A stretch of DNA of 64,000 nucleotides from Sphyrna mokarran (Eukaryota): positions 81,406,001 through 81,470,000 of the forward strand of contig JAGIQG010000009.1 of NCBI GenBank assembly GCA_024679065.1. Direction: 5' to 3'. The notes under the pieces were generated by a model. The model did not search any database. It worked only from the letters and a program-made list of their open reading frames with translations, and had not been told where the DNA came from. Below, in pieces: positions 60,294 through 64,000 of this stretch; positions within the stretch are counted from its first letter, which is position 1; every line of letters begins with the position of its first letter. The translations under genes and the position numbers were made by a program.

Positions 60294-63200
60294 AGTAGCT
60301 GTGCTTCAAACTCCACATGCTTTCTCTGATGGTGGCCTCTTATTTCCACAACATTATTTGTCTCTACACTTTCCCTTCAGCACAGTAACCCTTATCCCTG
60401 CATGTCCCACCTACTCACTCTGTTATTCTGATAACCTCTCCCAGCTCCCCTCATCCACACTCCATAAACCTCAGCTTGTCCTAAATGCATTAGGTCCAGA
60501 CTCTTCTCACACCAAGTGTTGATCCAACACCATCCCCACCTCTGTGATATATCACTTCTGGCCTCAGTGATCTATCACCCCGGACCTCAGTGATCTATCA
60601 CCCCTGACCTCAGTGATCTATCACCCCTAAGTTCATTTAGCTGTTACCTCTGACCTCACTGACCTGTCACCCCTGACCTCACTGTCCTCCAAATCCCTCT
60701 ACGGCCTCACTCCTCCCTATCCCTGTATTCCTGCTCCAGATTCACATTTCCCCCTCAACTTCCATCTGCTGATTCTGCTCCCTGGCCCATCGCTGCTTCG
60801 TTCATCCCACCATTGACAGCAGAGTCTACAGGTACCCAGGTCCTGCTTTCTGTCCTCCCACCCTTAATCCCTCCCCCTCTCCAAATCTTCCTCCCCATCA
60901 AATTCTTTCACCCCAGCCTTCGATCTCCCTTCTGAAACTACCCCCAGCCTCTCCTCCATTCCTCTTATGCTGCTCTGTGAAACATAATGGGCTATGTTGT
61001 ACACTAAGGGGCTATATAAATTCAGGTTCTGTGTAGATTTTGGTTTGGGACAGAATTAAACACAGTGGTGAAGGCTCTTGCAGTCAAATATCCTGTTGAC
61101 AGGATCCAGACTTCAACTCACAGAATGGGACATTGTGTAAAGTAGGAATTATTAAAAATGTATTCATTGACAGGATGTGGGTGTCACTGGCTGTCCCAAC
61201 ATTTATTGCCCATCCCTAATTGTCCTTGCGAAGATGGTGATGAACTGCCTTCTTGAACTGCTGCAGTCCATGAGGTGTACATACACCCACAGTGCTGTTA
61301 GGGAGGGATTTCCAGGATTCTGACCCAGCGACAGTGCATGAACAGAGATGTAGTTCCATTTCAGAATGGCATGTGGCTTGGAGGGAAATCTCCTGGTGAT
61401 GTTGATCCCAGGGATCTGCTACACTTGTCTTTCCAGATGATAGTGGTCATGGGTTTTGAAGGTGCTGCTCAGGAACCTTGGTGAGTTCATGCAGGGCATC
61501 TTATAGATGGCACACACTGCTGCCACTGTTCGACAGTGGTGGAGGGATTTAATGTTTGTGAATGGGGTGCCAATCAAGTGGGGCTGCTTTGTTCTGGATA
61601 ATGTTGAGCTTTTTGAGTGTTGCTGGAGCTCTACTCATCCAGACAAGTGGATTTCCATCACACTCCAGACTTGTGCCTTGTAGATGGTGGAGAGGCTTTG
61701 GAGATTCAGGATGTGAGTTACTTGCTCAGGATTCCTATCCACTGACCTTCTCTTGTAGCCACAGTATTTATAGGCTGGTCCAGTTCAGTTTCTGATCAAT
61801 CATAACCAACAGGATTTTACAGTGGGGGATTCAGCGACGGTAATGACATTGAATGTCAAGAGGAGATGTTAAAATTCTCTTTTGTTGGAAATGGTGATTC
61901 CATGGTACTGATGTGGCATGAATGTTACTGCTTCAATATCTGAGGAGTTGTGAATGGTGCTGAGCATTGTGCAATCATCAGTGAACATCCCACTTCTGAA
62001 GGTCATTACTGAAGCAGCTGAAGATGGTTGTGTCTCAGACACGACCCTGAGGAATTCCTGCAGTGATGTCCCAGGATAACTCCCTCCTGACTGTATCCCA
62101 CTGTGCCTTCTGTGCTGGGAGATTGAAGGTAGTGAACACGGTTCACCATTTTCTCCCGTCTCAGTAACAAACATCCAGCTGCTCTGAGCTCCTTCTTTCA
62201 CTTCCTCTGTCGGTTACGTTTCAATCTTCCGATCTGACAGTCTTTGCAGTTATTTTTGACACTGGGGATTTGTGCTGTGGTCTGAATCTCTAACAATAAC
62301 TGTCCAATCAGTGAAAAGAACAACAGCTCAGAGCAGTCAGGACTGAGGAGCCAGGCTCACTGGGAAACACATTGGGAAGATCAAAGCCATGGTCTTCAGC
62401 TCCCGATACAAACTCCATCCCTCCCCCCTGAGCACTGTCTGCTGCTCAACCACACTCTCTACAACATTGGCCTCAACTTTAACCCTGATCTGACCTGCCC
62501 CAAATTCTCCACGTCACAAAGTTTACTCTGCTTGCTCGTTCCTCGGTCCAAACTGAATGTTTTCACACTCTCCAATTGAATTCCATCTGCCATTGCCTTC
62601 AGACCCCATCACAAACTCTGTTCCCTCAACACTGATTCCATCCCTTCCCCTTTGGAGTGTCTGACACTGAACCACACAGTCCACAGCCATGGTGTCCTAT
62701 TTGACCCTGAGATGACTTTCCCACCACATCATCCACTCCATCACTAAGAACACCTATTTCCACCTGGGTAACATCTCCCGAGTCCTTCCTACCTCACATC
62801 ATCTTCTGCTGAAAATCTCATCTGTATCTTTGTTATCCTCTGAACATTACTATTCCAATGCTGTCCTGGTCGACCTCACACCTACCACCCTCTGTAATCA
62901 TCAGCTCACCCAGAACTCACACCAAATCCCGTACACCCATCACCCCCTGTTCTCACTGACCTACACTGATCCCTGCTCCAGCAATGCCCTGATTTTAACA
63001 TTCTCATTCTGCCTCTCAAATCTCTCCCTATCCCGCACCCTCCCTATCTCTGTAACCTCCTCCAAGCTGCCTCATTTAGTGTGCTCAGTAATCTTGGGTA
63101 TCTGACTCTCTATTCCTTCGTCCAAGTCATTGACAAATATAATGAAAAACTGAGGCTTCAGCACAGTTCCCTGGGGACATCACTATTCACAGCTTGCTCA

Positions 63201-64000
63201 TTGGACAACACACACATTGTCCCTTCTCTCTATCTCCCATCTCTGAACCACTTCCTTATTCATGGCAAAAGCGTTCTTCCAATTCCACATGCCTCCATTT
63301 TTACTTACAGCCTCTCATGTGGAACCTTCCCAAATATTTTCTGGAAATACAAAGAAATAGCATCCAGAACAATTATAACCAGCTTAGTTGAACGACTGAA
63401 TCTTTTAAAATTCGTGTTGACTCTTTCTGACCAGTTCCTGTTTCTCACTCGTTCTGTCCCTAATAAAACATTCCAGTCAGTTTTCTCACAACACACATTA
63501 AACCGAGCTGTTAGCTGTGAATGACTCTAGTAAAACAGCTAGTACAGACATGAGGGGCTGAATGGTCTCTTCCTGTGTTTTAGATCTATCTGACTCTTTG
63601 ACTGAAACATCTGGATTGGAACAGGAGATGGGCTGGAGGTTAAAGAATGAGTTGAAGGTAGACAGAGTGTTATTAGTGGGTCATGTCCAATGTATAGTTT
63701 GTTCATTACTTCCTCGAAAAGATGTAGTCAAATTTTCTGAAAAACTAAGTGCCCATTGTGGCTGGAAAACAGGACATTTTCCCACCATTTTCTGGGCATA
63801 TTTACTCAGTTGAATTTCCAGCACTTGGCGTTTTACAAATTCTGCCAGGGATTTACACCAGTGGATGAGGTTAATCCCATCTGTGAGGCCAGGATCAACA
63901 TTCCCTCATCCCTGCCTTGTGAAGTCATCCCCAATCTAATTCCCGACTCCCCCGATCACAGGCCCTGACACCCCCACCCCCATCTCACTTTCCCGAATCG

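Noticed and set aside
59404-60349. Long ORFs (up to 286 aa) in several frames, also at 32125-32821
   Set aside because: They result from a largely stop-free 44-bp tandem unit cycling through frames; no domain or splice evidence.
60558-60690. Short ~24-bp tandem repeat (GACCTCAGTGATCTATCACCCCT)
   Set aside because: Small local expansion relative to ~33035-33075 with no sign of function.

Overview
Vertebrate genomic DNA from a cartilaginous fish (elasmobranch, probably a shark; species cannot be determined). It holds a tandem array of kappa-type (type III/NS4-like) immunoglobulin light-chain V-J-C mini-clusters, all on the minus strand, spaced about 27-29 kb apart. In transcription order (right to left): V3-J3-C3 (57006-48647), V2-J2-C2 (29719-19845) and an orphan J1-C1 (11404-3828) whose V gene and upstream region are missing at the site of a young CR1 LINE insertion. 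V segments carry 12-bp-spacer RSSs and J segments 23-bp-spacer RSSs; nothing is germline-joined. Most of each V-J interval is a 61-bp AT-rich minisatellite that has two RSS-heptamer-like motifs per unit and ends about 6 bp from the V nonamer; in the orphan cluster it is expanded and partly inverted into a long palindrome. A 14-bp PU.1/IRF composite element (AGAGGAAGTGAAAG) recurs in the V promoter, about 5-5.6 kb upstream of V and about 2 kb downstream of C, while the promoter octamer is degenerate. The two V genes are nearly identical in leader and intron but very different in CDR1/CDR2. The rest is CR1 LINEs (one with an uninterrupted 908-aa EN-RT frame), tRNA-derived SINEs, a decayed Gypsy-like element, a palindromic element and a 44-bp minisatellite. 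Most short ORFs in the track are repeat-derived noise. All comparisons were made by eye.
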